DNA of 64,000 nt from an uncultured bacterium (lineage in GTDB: Bacteria > Verrucomicrobiota > Verrucomicrobiia > Limisphaerales > UBA8199): assembly GCA_963749495.1 (NCBI GenBank), contig CAVVMW010000006.1, positions 224,001 through 288,000 on the forward strand, written 5' to 3'. The notes below the pieces were generated by a model, which did no database searches, was not told where the DNA came from, and saw only the letters and a program-made list of their open reading frames with translations. Shown piece after piece: positions 1 through 10,208 of the stretch; the stretch's first letter is position 1; every line of letters starts with the position of its first letter. The translations under genes were made by a program, and so were the position numbers.

Positions 1-36
1 CCGGCAAGCGCGGCAGGAACACGCGTCCGGTGAGAA

Positions 37-68
37 GACTGTGGACTGTGGACTCTGGACTGTGGACT
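37..68. repeat. heptamer array (GACTGTG)n; identical 29-mer at 60059-60087
   Basis: TGTGGACTGTGGACTCTGGACTGTGGACT at both loci. Confidence 0.9.
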
Positions 69-694
69 TACCGGACGGCTTGCCGGTTTCGCCAGAGCAG
101 GTAAAGCACCGTGCCCAGGCACAGGGCCATGACGGCGAAGGCCAGGACCAACGCAAGCGTTTTCAGATAGTTTGCCTTGCGAATCGTCAGGGCCGTCCGT
201 TGCCGTTCCGATTCGATGAAAACCGCGAACTCCTTGTCGGCCGAGATGACCGTGTCCAGGTCGTCTCTGAGCTTGAGGGTGAGCCAGGAGGGAGATGCCG
301 CACCCGCGCGCCAGCCTGCCGGGAGCTTCTGCAGGGCCTCGGCCTCGGCCCTGGCCAGCCCGCAATGGTTCCAAAAGGGCGCTTGCTCCTGCGTCCAGAG
401 ACGCATCAGGCCCTGGTTCAACGCCACGGCCTGAATCCGGTCCCACAACATTGGCCGCAGAAGGTCCGCCAGCGAGAAATCCGTGAACCCCTCGCTGTGC
501 ACCAAACCCTGTTGCTGTGCCACGGCCAGCCCAACGGCCCCGAGCAAGACCCCCTGCGCGCTCTCGGCCACCTGGAACTCCGTGATCCGCCGGGCCAGGT
601 CTTCCACGGCGAAATTCATCGAGGCCCACAACCCCGCCAACTGGCGGAGGTCGTCCAACGTGGCGCGCCGCACGCGATAATCGGGCGAGCTCAT
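68..694 (-). CDS. GNAT-like (ArgA-type acetyltransferase fold) protein with C-terminal transmembrane helix
   Basis: ATG at 694; YRVRRATLDDL N-terminus typical of GNAT folds; hydrophobic C-terminus LALVLAFAVMALCLGTVLYLLW. Confidence 0.55.
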   Translation of the reverse strand: MSSPDYRVRRATLDDLRQLAGLWASMNFAVEDLARRITEFQVAESAQGVLLGAVGLAVAQQQGLVHSEGFTDFSLADLLRPMLWDRIQAVALNQGLMRLWTQEQAPFWNHCGLARAEAEALQKLPAGWRAGAASPSWLTLKLRDDLDTVISADKEFAVFIESERQRTALTIRKANYLKTLALVLAFAVMALCLGTVLYLLWRNRQAVR

Positions 695-779
695 CCGGCC
701 CAATGTAGGAGCCGCCGCACCGCTTTGAAAGCCAGAAATAGTTTGCGGCTGCGCCGCACTGAGGCATTGTAAAGCCAAA

Positions 780-1625
780 ATGAACAAACAGCGGAACCGG
801 GCCAGGAATTGGGTCACGCTGTTGTTGGCAATTCTCCTGGGTTTTTTCATGTTGCGCTACTTCGAGCACAGCCAGGTCTATCATCCGGAACGAACCCTGA
901 GCGCGAGCGGCGCCGAGCTGGGCCGGCCGTTCCAGAACGTGTCGTTCACCGCGAGCGACGGAGTGGAGTTGCACGGCTGGTTTTATCCGGGCGATACGAA
1001 CTTGCCTCGAGCGCGCCTGGCGGTTTTGGTTTGTCACGGCAATGCCGGCAACATTTGCCATCGGCTCGGGCTTTGCCAGGGGTTGCTGGCGGCCGGCGTC
1101 AGCGTCTTTGTGTTCGACTACCGCGGCTACGGCCGGAGCGAGGGCCGGCCCTCCGAAGAGGGCACCTACCGCGATGCGCAGGCGGCGCGGCAGTGGCTGG
1201 CGGACAGGGGGTTCCCCGGCGGGCAGGTCATCGCCTTCGGCGAATCGCTGGGCGGAGGCGTGGCCAGCGAGTTGGCCCTGCGCGAGCCTTTGGGCGGGTT
1301 GGTGCTCCAGAGCACCTTCACCAGCATCCCGGACCTGGGTGCCGAGTTGTTTCCGTGGCTGCCTGTCCGCTGGCTGGCGACCATCCGCTACGATACCCGT
1401 GCCAAACTCCCGCGCATCAAGGTGCCCGTCCTGGTCATGCACAGCCGCGACGACGAATTGGTCGGGTTCCGTCACGCCCAAACCAATTTCGCCGCCGCCA
1501 ACCCGCCCAAGCTCTTCTGCGAACTCAAGGGCACCCACAACGACCCGCTCGGGGACCGCCGGCAGTTCCTCCGCGGCCTCGAGCAATTCCTGCCGATGGT
1601 GGAAGGCAGCGCGGCCAAGCCCTGA
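780..1625 (+). CDS. alpha/beta hydrolase (ABHD13/17-like) with N-terminal membrane anchor
   Basis: HGNAGN, DYRGYGRS, nucleophile GESLGG, HSRDDE and terminal HND. Confidence 0.9.
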   Translation: MNKQRNRARNWVTLLLAILLGFFMLRYFEHSQVYHPERTLSASGAELGRPFQNVSFTASDGVELHGWFYPGDTNLPRARLAVLVCHGNAGNICHRLGLCQGLLAAGVSVFVFDYRGYGRSEGRPSEEGTYRDAQAARQWLADRGFPGGQVIAFGESLGGGVASELALREPLGGLVLQSTFTSIPDLGAELFPWLPVRWLATIRYDTRAKLPRIKVPVLVMHSRDDELVGFRHAQTNFAAANPPKLFCELKGTHNDPLGDRRQFLRGLEQFLPMVEGSAAKP

Positions 1626-1743
1626 GGCGCGACGAGCGGGGACCTTCGTCGCAGCCTTTGCCGCGAACTTTGTCGGGCTGGCGATGCATCAACAAAGGCG
1701 GCGACAAAGGTCGCGACAAAGGTCCCGCCTCGGAGCTTGCCCG

Positions 1744-1909
1744 TTAGGAGCCGTCAAGAAATAAAGGTGGCAAGATGCCGCAGGGATTTTGGCGGCTGGC
1801 AAGGCGCGAGCGAGGCGCATATCCGCATGGATCTGTAACGAGCGAGCAACGCAGCCCGCAGCCAAAAGAACAAGGCAGGTTGCCACCTTTATTTCTTGAC
1901 GGCTCCTTA
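1744..1909. mobile_element. MITE with 27-bp perfect terminal inverted repeats and TTA flanks
   Basis: GGAGCCGTCAAGAAATAAAGGTGGCAA (1747-1773) and its reverse complement (1880-1906), each outer end flanked by TTA. Confidence 0.8.
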
Positions 1910-1961
1910 ATCTTGCCAGCCGCCCCAAATGCCCGTCTGGGCGGGGCCATTCGGGCGCTGC

Positions 1962-2306
1962 TCAGCCCGGGGGCCAGCTCATGTTGCGCCCGCCCAGGAT
2001 ATGGCAGTGCAGGTGCGGCACCGCCTCGCCCGCCGCCGGCCCGTTGTTGAACACCAGCCGAAAGCCCGGCCCGCTCAGCCCCAGCTTGTTGGCCACCTCG
2101 GCCGCCTTGAGCAACAAGTAGCCCAGGATTTGCTCGTCCTCCGCCTTGGCCTCGGCGATGCGCGGAATCGGCTTCCGGGGGACGATCAGCACGTGGACCG
2201 GCGCCTGCGGCTTGATGTCACGAAAGGCCACAACCAGGTCGTCTTCATACACAATCGTCGCCGGGACCTCGCGGGCGGCGATTCTCTCGAACAGGGTCTT
2301 GCTCAT
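1962..2306 (-). CDS. hinT: histidine triad (HIT) nucleotide-binding protein
   Basis: MSKTLFERI...AFRDIKPQAPVHVLIVP...VPHLHCHILGGR (HxHxH triad). Confidence 0.93.
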   Translation of the reverse strand: MSKTLFERIAAREVPATIVYEDDLVVAFRDIKPQAPVHVLIVPRKPIPRIAEAKAEDEQILGYLLLKAAEVANKLGLSGPGFRLVFNNGPAAGEAVPHLHCHILGGRNMSWPPG

Positions 2307-3850
2307 AAATCTGTTTTCGTGTTCAGCCGGCTGCGGCGGAATCCATAGAGAAAATAGAGGATCAGCCCGGCGGCCATCCAGCCGAAGAAGCGGATCCAGG
2401 TCACCAGCGGCAGTTCGCACATGAGGTAGCCGCAGCAGGCGATGGCGCCCAGGGGCACCCAGGGCACCAGCGGGGTGCGAAAGGGGCGCGGCCGGTCCGG
2501 GTCAATGTAGCGCAAGAAAATGATGCCCAGGGCCACGAGGGCAAAGGCGAAGAGGGTGCCGATGTTGGTCAGTTCCACCAGTTCATCGATGTTGAAGACG
2601 GCGGCGCAGGCGGCGACGAGGACGCCGGTGATGATGGTGGTGACGTGCGGGGTACGAAAGCGGGGATGGATCCGCGCCGCCCACGCGGGCAGCAGCCCGT
2701 CACGGCCCATCGAAAAAAAGATGCGCGGCTGGCCCGCCTGGTAAGGCACCAGGGCCGAAGTCGTGGCGATGACGGCCCCGGCGGCGATAACGACGGCGGT
2801 CCACGTCATCCCCAGGGAGGAGAAGACGCGCGCCAGGGGTTCCTCGTTGCCCAGGGTGTCCCACTTGGCCATGCCGGTCAGAACGGCAGCAACGGCCACA
2901 TAAACCACCGTGCAGATCACCAGGCTGGCCAGGATGCCCGTGGGCATGTCCCGCTGCGGGTTTCGCGTCTCTTCCGCCGCCGTCGTGATCGCGTCGAACC
3001 CGATATAGGCGAAGAAGATGATGGCGGCCGCGCCGGAGATGCCCTTCAGCCCGTTGGGCGCGAATGGCGTCCAGTTCTCCGGGCGGACGTAGCAGGCCCC
3101 GAGCACGATGAAAAACAGCAGGATGCCCAGCTTGATCACCACCAGCGCCGTGTTGAACCGCGCCGTCTCGCGGATGCCGACCAGCACAACCCAGGTCACC
3201 AGGGCAACAATGCAGAAGGCGGGCAGGTTGAAGAGGATCGGCACGCCCAGGAACCGGGGCGCCGCGTTGAAAATCCGGGCATTATCGAGCACCGCCTGGC
3301 CCAGTGCCGCCAGGTCGCGGTGCGCCGCCTGGGCATGGGCCACCTGGCCCGCCGCCCGCGCCGTCGAGGTGATATCCGTGCCCAGCCAGGCCGGCAACTG
3401 GAAATGGAAGGCCTCCTGGAGCAGGCCCTGGAAGTAGCCCGACCACGCGGTCGCCACGGCGGCGTTGCTGATCGCGTATTCGAGGATCAGGTCCCACCCG
3501 ATAATCCATGCCACCAACTCTCCCAGCGTGACATACGCGTAGGTGTAAGCGGAGCCGGAGACCGGGACCATCGCGGCGAACTCCGCATAACACAAGGCCG
3601 CAAAACCGCAGGCAACCGCGACCATCAGGAACGAGATGATCAGGGCCGGACCCGCGCCGGGCTGATGAAGACTGCCGGCCGCCGCCGGGCCGATGGTGGT
3701 GAAGACGCCCGCCCCGATAATCGCCCCCACCCCCAGGAGCGTGAGTTGCACCGGCCCCAGCACCCGTCGAAGCTGGTGCGGCCCCTCGGTCGTCTCACTC
3801 ACCAGCCGATCCAGCGGCTTGCGCCGGAATAGTCGAATAAGGTCAGTCAC
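2303..3850 (-). CDS. amino acid permease (APC/CAT family)
   Basis: GAIIGAGVF, GSAYTYAY, FFAYIGFDAITTAAEE, RPFRTP motifs; many TM segments. Confidence 0.93.
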   Translation of the reverse strand: MTDLIRLFRRKPLDRLVSETTEGPHQLRRVLGPVQLTLLGVGAIIGAGVFTTIGPAAAGSLHQPGAGPALIISFLMVAVACGFAALCYAEFAAMVPVSGSAYTYAYVTLGELVAWIIGWDLILEYAISNAAVATAWSGYFQGLLQEAFHFQLPAWLGTDITSTARAAGQVAHAQAAHRDLAALGQAVLDNARIFNAAPRFLGVPILFNLPAFCIVALVTWVVLVGIRETARFNTALVVIKLGILLFFIVLGACYVRPENWTPFAPNGLKGISGAAAIIFFAYIGFDAITTAAEETRNPQRDMPTGILASLVICTVVYVAVAAVLTGMAKWDTLGNEEPLARVFSSLGMTWTAVVIAAGAVIATTSALVPYQAGQPRIFFSMGRDGLLPAWAARIHPRFRTPHVTTIITGVLVAACAAVFNIDELVELTNIGTLFAFALVALGIIFLRYIDPDRPRPFRTPLVPWVPLGAIACCGYLMCELPLVTWIRFFGWMAAGLILYFLYGFRRSRLNTKTDL

Positions 3851-3877
3851 GGTCGTGAAAAACGCTGATCGAGATGC

Positions 3878-3994
3878 TTAGAGGCGGTCGCGGAATTAAC
3901 CGCAAAGAACGCAAAGATCGCAAAGAAACGCCCTCATTCCAGGCTCTCTGTGTTCTCTGCGATCTCTGCGGTTAATTTCGCCACCGCCTCCTAA
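3878..3994. mobile_element. ~110-bp MITE-like element, copy 1 (copy 2 inverted at 26489-26604)
   Basis: Imperfect TIR GAGGCGGTCGCGGAATTAACCGCA / TGCGGTTAATTTCGCCACCGCCTC, internal CGCAAAGAA nonamers, TTA/TAA flanks. Confidence 0.75.
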
Positions 3995-4220
3995 TCTTGG
4001 CCCTGCTTCCACCCGGCGCAAGTCTAAACCCAAACCCCCTTGCGCCGTGGGCGCTTATGTGGGCGTCCGGATAAGGGCGCAACCGGGTTGTCGGCCGGCG
4101 AGGCCCCCTCAACTCTCCTGGCTTGCGCGGGGAGCGCCTTATGGAGCGCGGCGGCAAGCGGCGCCGGGCGCATCTTGAGGCTACCACCACGGACGAGCGA
4201 GGCGCGGGTCACTAGCGCAA

Positions 4221-4333
4221 CAGCCCGAAGGGCTTGTTATCAATCAGCCCAGGGTTGCGCGGAACGCGCTACCCTGGGTGTCGGGCCACCAAATCCTGGA
4301 AACCCTGAAGGGGTTTCATCAGCGATGCAACCC
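4221..4333. repeat. REP-like palindromic element (CAGCCCAGGGTTG...CTACCCTGGG family)
   Basis: Closely related inverted doublet at 15571-15792. Confidence 0.7.
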
Positions 4334-4626
4334 TCTCCATGAAGCCGTGAGGAGGCCCGCGAGGTTTTGGACTGCCGCAGTCCAAAACCTTCGGAGTTGG
4401 TGTCGGTTCCTGGGGAGGCCGGAACCCTGCCCAGGGACCTCGGTCCTGTTGCGCCCATGCAGGGCGCAGGAATTTCTGTGCCGGTAACCTGGGCCTCCGC
4501 TCGCAAGCTCGCTCCAGCCCAGGCTGTCACATTTCGGGCCTTCAGCCCGAGGAAGAGCGGAGTCCGGGGGCAGTCCGGATACAGCCTTGCGCCGTGGCAG
4601 GATTCGTGCTTTTGTCCCTTTTGACT

Positions 4627-5005
4627 ATGGACCCGGATTGGGAGCGGTTGGCCGCACTGGCGGAGGAGGAGGTCGAGGCGACGCTCTCGGACCTGCCGGC
4701 GCCGCTGCAGGCGCGGGCGCGTGCGGTGCCGGTGACCTTGGAACGGCGGCCCAATGCGGCCCAGCGCCGCGACGGCATCGAGCCGGACACCCTGGGCCTG
4801 TTCGTCGGCCCGGATTTCGGCGGCGAGCCCCTCCGCTGCCCTGCCGCTGCCGCCCCAAATTATCCTCTTCCTGGAGAACCTCTGGGACCAGGCCGAAGGG
4901 GACGAGGACCTCTTCTGCGACGAGGTCCACACCACCTGCCTGCACGAACTGGGCCACTACCTGGGACTAGACGAAGACGACCTGTGCGAGCGCGGACTGG
5001 AATAG
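4627..5005 (+). CDS. zincin-like metallopeptidase family protein (DUF1025-like), frameshift near 4830
   Basis: N-part DTLGLFVG in one frame; IILFLENL...CLHELGHYLGLDEDDL (HExxH) in another. Confidence 0.8.
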
Positions 5006-5013
5006 GAGGGCGG

Positions 5014-5191
5014 ACCCCTCACCCCGGCCCTCTCCCCACCCGCTGCGACGGCGCGACAGCGCGGCGAGTCGGATGGGGAGAGGGGGAGTTCTCGGCAGCG
5101 GCTCGAAGAAGCGGAGGCGCCTGAAGGTTCAAGAGACTGCGGACGCTTCTCCCTCTCCCCTTCGGAAGGGGAGAGGGCCGGGGTGAGGGGT
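5014..5191. repeat. CCCCTCACCCCGGCCCTCTCCC palindromic element (inverted doublet) with nested insert
   Basis: Homologous to 43621-43770; half copy at 49459-49499. Confidence 0.8.
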
Positions 5192-5326
5192 TTCCCCGGG
5201 GAGCCGCTCCCGCCTCCACTGGGGCCTTGCTCCGAACAGGATTTTCCCCTTTTATTCGCCGGGCCGGCATGTTAGGGTTATGGCAGTCATTAACAGAAAA
5301 GAAAGAGAACTGATAGACACACTGAA

Positions 5327-6625
5327 TTGAAAGCACTCATCGAGACCCGGAACCGGCGGACTGAACGAGTTTTCCTCGTTGGAGTCGAACTGAAATCCCG
5401 AACCGGGTGGGAGATTCGCGATTCACTGGAGGAACTCTCCGAACTGGCCACAACCGCCGGGGCCGAGGTCGTCGGCGACGGCCTTCAAAGAATGGCCGCC
5501 CCGTGCGCCACCACCTACATCGGCAAGGGCAAGGCCGATGAGTTTGCCGCGCACTGCCGTTCTGCCGAGGTCGATACGGTCATCTTCGACGACGAGTTGA
5601 GCCCGGCGCAGAGCCGGAACCTGGAGAAGGTCTTCAACTGCAAAGTCCTGGATCGGACCTCGCTCATCCTGGACATTTTCGCCCAGCGCGCCCGGACGCG
5701 GGAGGGCCAATTGCAGATCGAGTTGGCCCAACTCCAGCACCTGCTCCCGCGCCTGACGGGTTTCTGGGGCCACTTGTCGCGCCAAAAGGGCGGCATCGGC
5801 ATGCGCGGCGGCGAGGGTGAAATGCAGTTGGAAACCGACCGCCGCCGGGTGCAGGACCGCATCGCCCGGATAGAGCGGCAGCTCGAGGCCGTGCGCCGCC
5901 AGCGGACCACACAGCGCAACGCCCGCCAGCGCAATCATTTCGCCCTGGCCTCGATCGTCGGCTACACCAACGCCGGCAAGTCCACCTTGTTCAATACCCT
6001 GACCGGCGCGGAGGTCCTGGCCGAAAACAAATTGTTCGCCACGCTGGACCCAACCACCCGGCGCCTGCGCCTGCCCACAAACCAGAACGTGCTCGTGACC
6101 AACACTGTCGGGTTCATCCGCAAACTCCCCCACGGCCTGGTCGAGGCCTTCAAGGCCACCCTCGAGGAGGTCGCCCAGGCCGACATCCTCTTGCACGTGG
6201 TGGATGTCAGCCACCCGCAGGCCGAAGAGCAGATCCGCTCGGCCGACGCCGTGCTGGGCGAGATCGGCGCCCAAGGCAAACCGACGATCATGGTCTTCAA
6301 CAAGATCGACCAACTCAACGGCAGCCGGGACGTGCCCACCCGCTTCCAGGAGCATTACCCGCATGGCGTCGCCGTCTCCGCCGTCACCGGTGAGGGCAGG
6401 ATGGCCCTGCTCTCCGAGTTGGGAAGCCAGTTGCGCCCCATCCGCGAGTTCCTCGAGCTCTCAGTCCCCCACGACCAGCCCGGCGTAATCGCCCGCCTCC
6501 ACGAGGTGGGCCAGGTGGTCGAGCGCCATTACGATGGCCGGACCGCCCGGTTCAAGGCGCGCATCCCCCCGCACCTCCACGGGGAGTTCGCGCCGTTCTT
6601 TGTGCGCGAGTTGCAGACCGCCTGA
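5327..6625 (+). CDS. hflX: GTPase HflX
   Basis: ILDIFAQRA, GEMQLETDRR, GYTNAGKSTL, LFATLDPTTR, NKID; G3 reads NTVG instead of DTVG. Confidence 0.97.
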   Translation: MKALIETRNRRTERVFLVGVELKSRTGWEIRDSLEELSELATTAGAEVVGDGLQRMAAPCATTYIGKGKADEFAAHCRSAEVDTVIFDDELSPAQSRNLEKVFNCKVLDRTSLILDIFAQRARTREGQLQIELAQLQHLLPRLTGFWGHLSRQKGGIGMRGGEGEMQLETDRRRVQDRIARIERQLEAVRRQRTTQRNARQRNHFALASIVGYTNAGKSTLFNTLTGAEVLAENKLFATLDPTTRRLRLPTNQNVLVTNTVGFIRKLPHGLVEAFKATLEEVAQADILLHVVDVSHPQAEEQIRSADAVLGEIGAQGKPTIMVFNKIDQLNGSRDVPTRFQEHYPHGVAVSAVTGEGRMALLSELGSQLRPIREFLELSVPHDQPGVIARLHEVGQVVERHYDGRTARFKARIPPHLHGEFAPFFVRELQTA

Positions 6626-6633
6626 ATGGGCGC

Positions 6634-7347
6634 ATGAACGGCCTGCGCATCAAGGACCAGCCTGCCAGCGAACGGCCACGCGAGCGGTTGGCGGCCAAGG
6701 GGCCCGAGGCCCTCAGCCATGCCGAGTTGATTGCCATCCTCTTGCGGACCGGCCTCAAGGGCGCCAGCGCGGTGGACATCGGCAAGCTCCTGGTCAACAA
6801 ATACGGCTCGCTCCACTCTCTGGCCCGCGCCTCGCTGGACGACCTCCAGACCATCAAAGGCATCGGCCCCGACAAGGCGGTGACCCTGGTTGCCGCCTTC
6901 ACCCTGGCGCGCGCGATGGCCGAGGAACTGCGCGAGGAGGCCCCGCTCCTGGACACCCCGGAGGCCGTCGCCAACGTCCTGCGCGAGGACAACCGCCTGC
7001 GCCAGGTCGAGACCTTCCAGATCCTCCTGGTCAACACCCGCCGCAGGCTCATCCGCGTCGAGGCCCTCTCCCAGGGCACACTCGACACACTCCTGGTCCA
7101 CCCGCGCGATGTTTTCAAATCCGCCATCGCCGCCGGCGCCGCCGCCGTGGTCCTCGTTCACAACCATCCCAGCGGCAACCCAACCCCCTCGGAGGCCAAT
7201 ATCGCCGTCACGCGCAACCTCATCCGCGCCGGCCAACTCCTCAAGATCAATGTCCTGGACCACATCGTCCTCGGACGCGCCACCCAGGAGCGCGCCCGCA
7301 ACTTTGTCTCCCTCCGGGAACTGGGCTACTTCGCAGGCTCCTCCTAG
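6634..7347 (+). CDS. radC: RadC / JAB-domain protein
   Basis: PRERLAAKGPEALSHAELIAILLRTG, HhH GIG, VHPRDVF, HNHPSG, LDHIV. Confidence 0.95.
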   Translation: MNGLRIKDQPASERPRERLAAKGPEALSHAELIAILLRTGLKGASAVDIGKLLVNKYGSLHSLARASLDDLQTIKGIGPDKAVTLVAAFTLARAMAEELREEAPLLDTPEAVANVLREDNRLRQVETFQILLVNTRRRLIRVEALSQGTLDTLLVHPRDVFKSAIAAGAAAVVLVHNHPSGNPTPSEANIAVTRNLIRAGQLLKINVLDHIVLGRATQERARNFVSLRELGYFAGSS

Positions 7348-7366
7348 CGAGGCTGGGCCTCAGACC

Positions 7367-7416
7367 GTGGCTCGGGCATCCTGCCCAAGCCCTCACGGGC
7401 ACGATGCCCGTGCCAC
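7367..7416. repeat. GTGG-type REP doublet
   Basis: GTGGCTCGGGCATCCTGCCC...CACGGGCACGATGCCCGTGCCAC. Confidence 0.6.
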
Positions 7417-7457
7417 AAACTTGACCTGTCTGCATCACGTTTTGAAATTCAAGGACT

Positions 7458-8423
7458 CTAGGGGTTCCACACGATGCGGTAGAACCGAACGCTGCCGCTT
7501 GAGCGGGGCGGGTTCTCATCTACGTACATCCCGTACGCGCCCGTCCTGCCCAAGCCCGTGGAGTTCTTGAAGGTGACGCTGTCCGAAACCTGCAGGGCGT
7601 CGTGAATAGGGCCGCTGAAGAAAAACAGGAATTGGCCGGTGGGCAGCACTCTGGGTCCCCACAGCAGCGGGTACTGGTTGCTCACCCAAACCCTGACCGG
7701 CGGTGATGACATGACGTTCCCCTGCCGGTCAATGGCCTTGGCCACCAGATTGTACGGACCCTCGGCCAACCCCGGGTCAGGGAGCCAATAGAATGCCCCC
7801 AGGGGCGGATTGGTTACCGTCCCGATGAGGTTCGTGTTGGCGAAATACTGAATCATCGCGGTCGAGCCCGGCTCGGCAACGGAGGCCAGCAGCCGGTAAG
7901 CGATATAGGGAGGAAATATATGGCCTTGCGATGGCGCGTTGAGCGTGACCGGCGGGGGGGCGTTCGTCCAACCTCTGACGGTAACCGTCCCGGCAACATC
8001 CCCAGCCGGGCCGGGGGTGGTTTTATAGGCGTAAAAACCGGAGTTGGTGAAGGCAAATGCGAAGGCAGATCCCCCGAAGACCGGTGGAGTTCCCCACTCA
8101 CCATCGTAGCTGCGAATATAAATCGCCCCCCCGTAGAAGTTGGTCCACACGACCGTGTCGCCCACGTTGACGGTGAGGTCCTGCTGCATGACCGGGCCAG
8201 TGCCAGGGTAAACGAGGTTGGTGACCATCGCAGCCGCGCCACGCTCGGCGGCACCCAGCAGGGCCAAGAGCAGGCACAGCAAGCCGAGAGGGCCGATGGC
8301 GGCAGGCCCCCGCGGGCGTGGAACCGGCCCGTACCGCGGGGCAGGCGCGATTACCTTGGTGCTCGCTTCCCCGCCGGCCACGTTCCCGCCCGGCCGCTCC
8401 GAGCAACATTCCGTGCAGTTCAT
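7458..8423 (-). CDS. paralog B4: secreted cupredoxin-like + bacterial Ig-like protein with C-terminal RFYR tail
   Basis: Hydrophobic signal; VNVGDTVVWTN...FAFTNSGFYAY; Ig-like VTLNAP...YNLVAKAIDRQG; YVDE...RFYRI. Confidence 0.75.
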   Translation of the reverse strand: MNCTECCSERPGGNVAGGEASTKVIAPAPRYGPVPRPRGPAAIGPLGLLCLLLALLGAAERGAAAMVTNLVYPGTGPVMQQDLTVNVGDTVVWTNFYGGAIYIRSYDGEWGTPPVFGGSAFAFAFTNSGFYAYKTTPGPAGDVAGTVTVRGWTNAPPPVTLNAPSQGHIFPPYIAYRLLASVAEPGSTAMIQYFANTNLIGTVTNPPLGAFYWLPDPGLAEGPYNLVAKAIDRQGNVMSSPPVRVWVSNQYPLLWGPRVLPTGQFLFFFSGPIHDALQVSDSVTFKNSTGLGRTGAYGMYVDENPPRSSGSVRFYRIVWNP

Positions 8424-8442
8424 AAATCACGTCATGCTCAGC

Positions 8443-8593
8443 CTAATAAGCCACCTTTTGGATGTAAACATCCATGAAATAATTCGTACCCTTGGGCGGG
8501 CAATCGAAAAAGGGTCAGCCATGTTATGGGCTGCACCGGATTGCTCCAGTTAGCGCCGTTATTTGTAGAGCACATGACGAACGTGTTCAGGTT
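8443..8593 (-). pseudogene. orphan 3' fragment of gene A (A'''), internally deleted
   Basis: Reads NLNTFVMCSTNNGANWSNPVQ, then in a shifted frame ...KGTNYFMDVYIQKVAY*, matching NLNTFVIYSGDSGTTWSAPVQ and DGTNGMDILVSRVKY* of A. Confidence 0.75.
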
Positions 8594-8689
8594 GCCCGTG
8601 ACCGCGGACAGCCGCGGCGATTCAAGGCAGATCTCGCAGTATTTTCATGGCACGTGATGCTCGCTTTTCCCGACCATTGATCGCCGGCC

Positions 8690-9746
8690 TCACTTTAGCC
8701 AGCCGTTCCAAAAATAAAACCGGTTCGTCACGGCGGGATAGGGAGCCGTCTCATCCACAAACACTCCGGTGGAGCCATCCGGGATGGTGATCCCCAAGCC
8801 CCACTTCGTCGAGCCGGAACCCACTGATTGCAGGCCGTCGGCCGAAAACAGTGCCGTCCCACCGACGTACCACCCGCTGAAAAACAGCAGGAACCGGCCG
8901 CCAGGCAACAGGTGTGGCCCCCAAATGCGCGGCTCGTCCTGAGACGACACCCGCACCGGTTTAGACACGGTCTCCACTCCCTGCCGATCCAGCGCATTGG
9001 CGGTGAGCAGAAACTCGCCTTGCTGCGCATTGGTCCACAGAATGCCGTAGGGCGGACTTGCGGCCGTGCCAACCAGGTTTGAATTCACGAAGTACTGGAT
9101 CCGGGCGACGTTGTCAGGGTCCGCCACCGAAGCCTGCACCAGCCGCGAACCAATTAGGCCTGGCCGCACGAACACCGCCCATGGGAAAACGGCGCCATCC
9201 ACCGGCGAGTTGATCGTGACGGCCGGGGGCGCGCCCGCCCAGTCGCTGACCGTGATGCTGCCCACGACGCTGAGCCCCACTCCGGGCGGCCACTGCAAGC
9301 CAGTCCGATAGGCATAGAACCCTGGGTTCGTGAAGGTGAACGCGAACGAGTCTCCCGGATTGGGCAGGGCGGCCCCCCATTCGCCTCCGTAGCTCTCGAC
9401 GTAATTGGTCGCCGGGGCGGCTTGTCGATTCACCCAGACGACGGTGTCCCCGGTGTTAATGGCGATGTTCTGTTGATCCCAGGGAGCATAGATGGAGGTT
9501 CCGGGCGCCGTTCTCAGGGTCAGGTAGTTTGTAATGGTCGCAGCGGGCGCAGCCCAAGACACCAGTGAGAGTCTGGAATGCCAGGCAAAGGAAGGAGGTT
9601 GCACGCGCTGTCTTGGCCTTCCATGCGTGTACCGCCCGTTCACGCCCAAACGCAGATGCGCCGCCGATGGTCGCTGTCGTCCCGCTTGTGCCCCAGGTAT
9701 GGCCGCACGGCATCCTCTCGCATGTCGGAGTATGGTGTGGTTTCAC
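8690..9746 (-). CDS. paralog B3: secreted cupredoxin-like + Ig-like protein (frameshift near 9570)
   Basis: N-terminus MKPHHTPTCER in ORF 9456-9746; mature part ATITNYLTLR...RFYFWNGWLK in ORF 8690-9649; near-identical to B2. Confidence 0.75.
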
Positions 9747-9764
9747 AGGCCGATCGTGACTCCG

Positions 9765-10208
9765 TCAATATTTCACTCTTTCGACGTAGATGTCCATCTG
9801 CCAGGTCGGATTATTATACGGCGGGCAGTCCGGGTTATCGCCGGTGCTGGTGGAATTGTCCGCCCAGGCCGGATAGAAATATCCGCCACAGTACGCCAAA
9901 CCCGTGTAATCGTAGTGGTCCTTACCGTTTGGGTTCGCCTTCGTCGCGTTCGACGGGTCCCGCTCCAATGGAATGTTCGTTGACCAGGTGCCTCCGCCAT
10001 TGCTGCTCACCGCTGCGTAGAACTTCGTCTTTACGTTGTTCGTCTCCTCCCGGCAATCGTACCAACTCACGGCCACCCTCCCACTCGCCTGATCTGCGGC
10101 TATGCGCGGGTCGAAGTGAGTTGCTGTCGCATTTGTTGTGTTGACCTGAAGGGGAGGCCACCAGGTCGTGCCGGAATTGTCAGAATACATCACAAAAGTG
10201 CTCAGGTT
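9765..10208 (-). pseudogene. orphan 3' fragment of gene A (A''), ~147 codons, open frame
   Basis: NLSTFVMYSDNSGTTW...THFDPRIA...SWYDCR...YDYTGLAY...AWADNS...MDIYVERVKY* aligns with the C-terminus of A. Confidence 0.85.
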
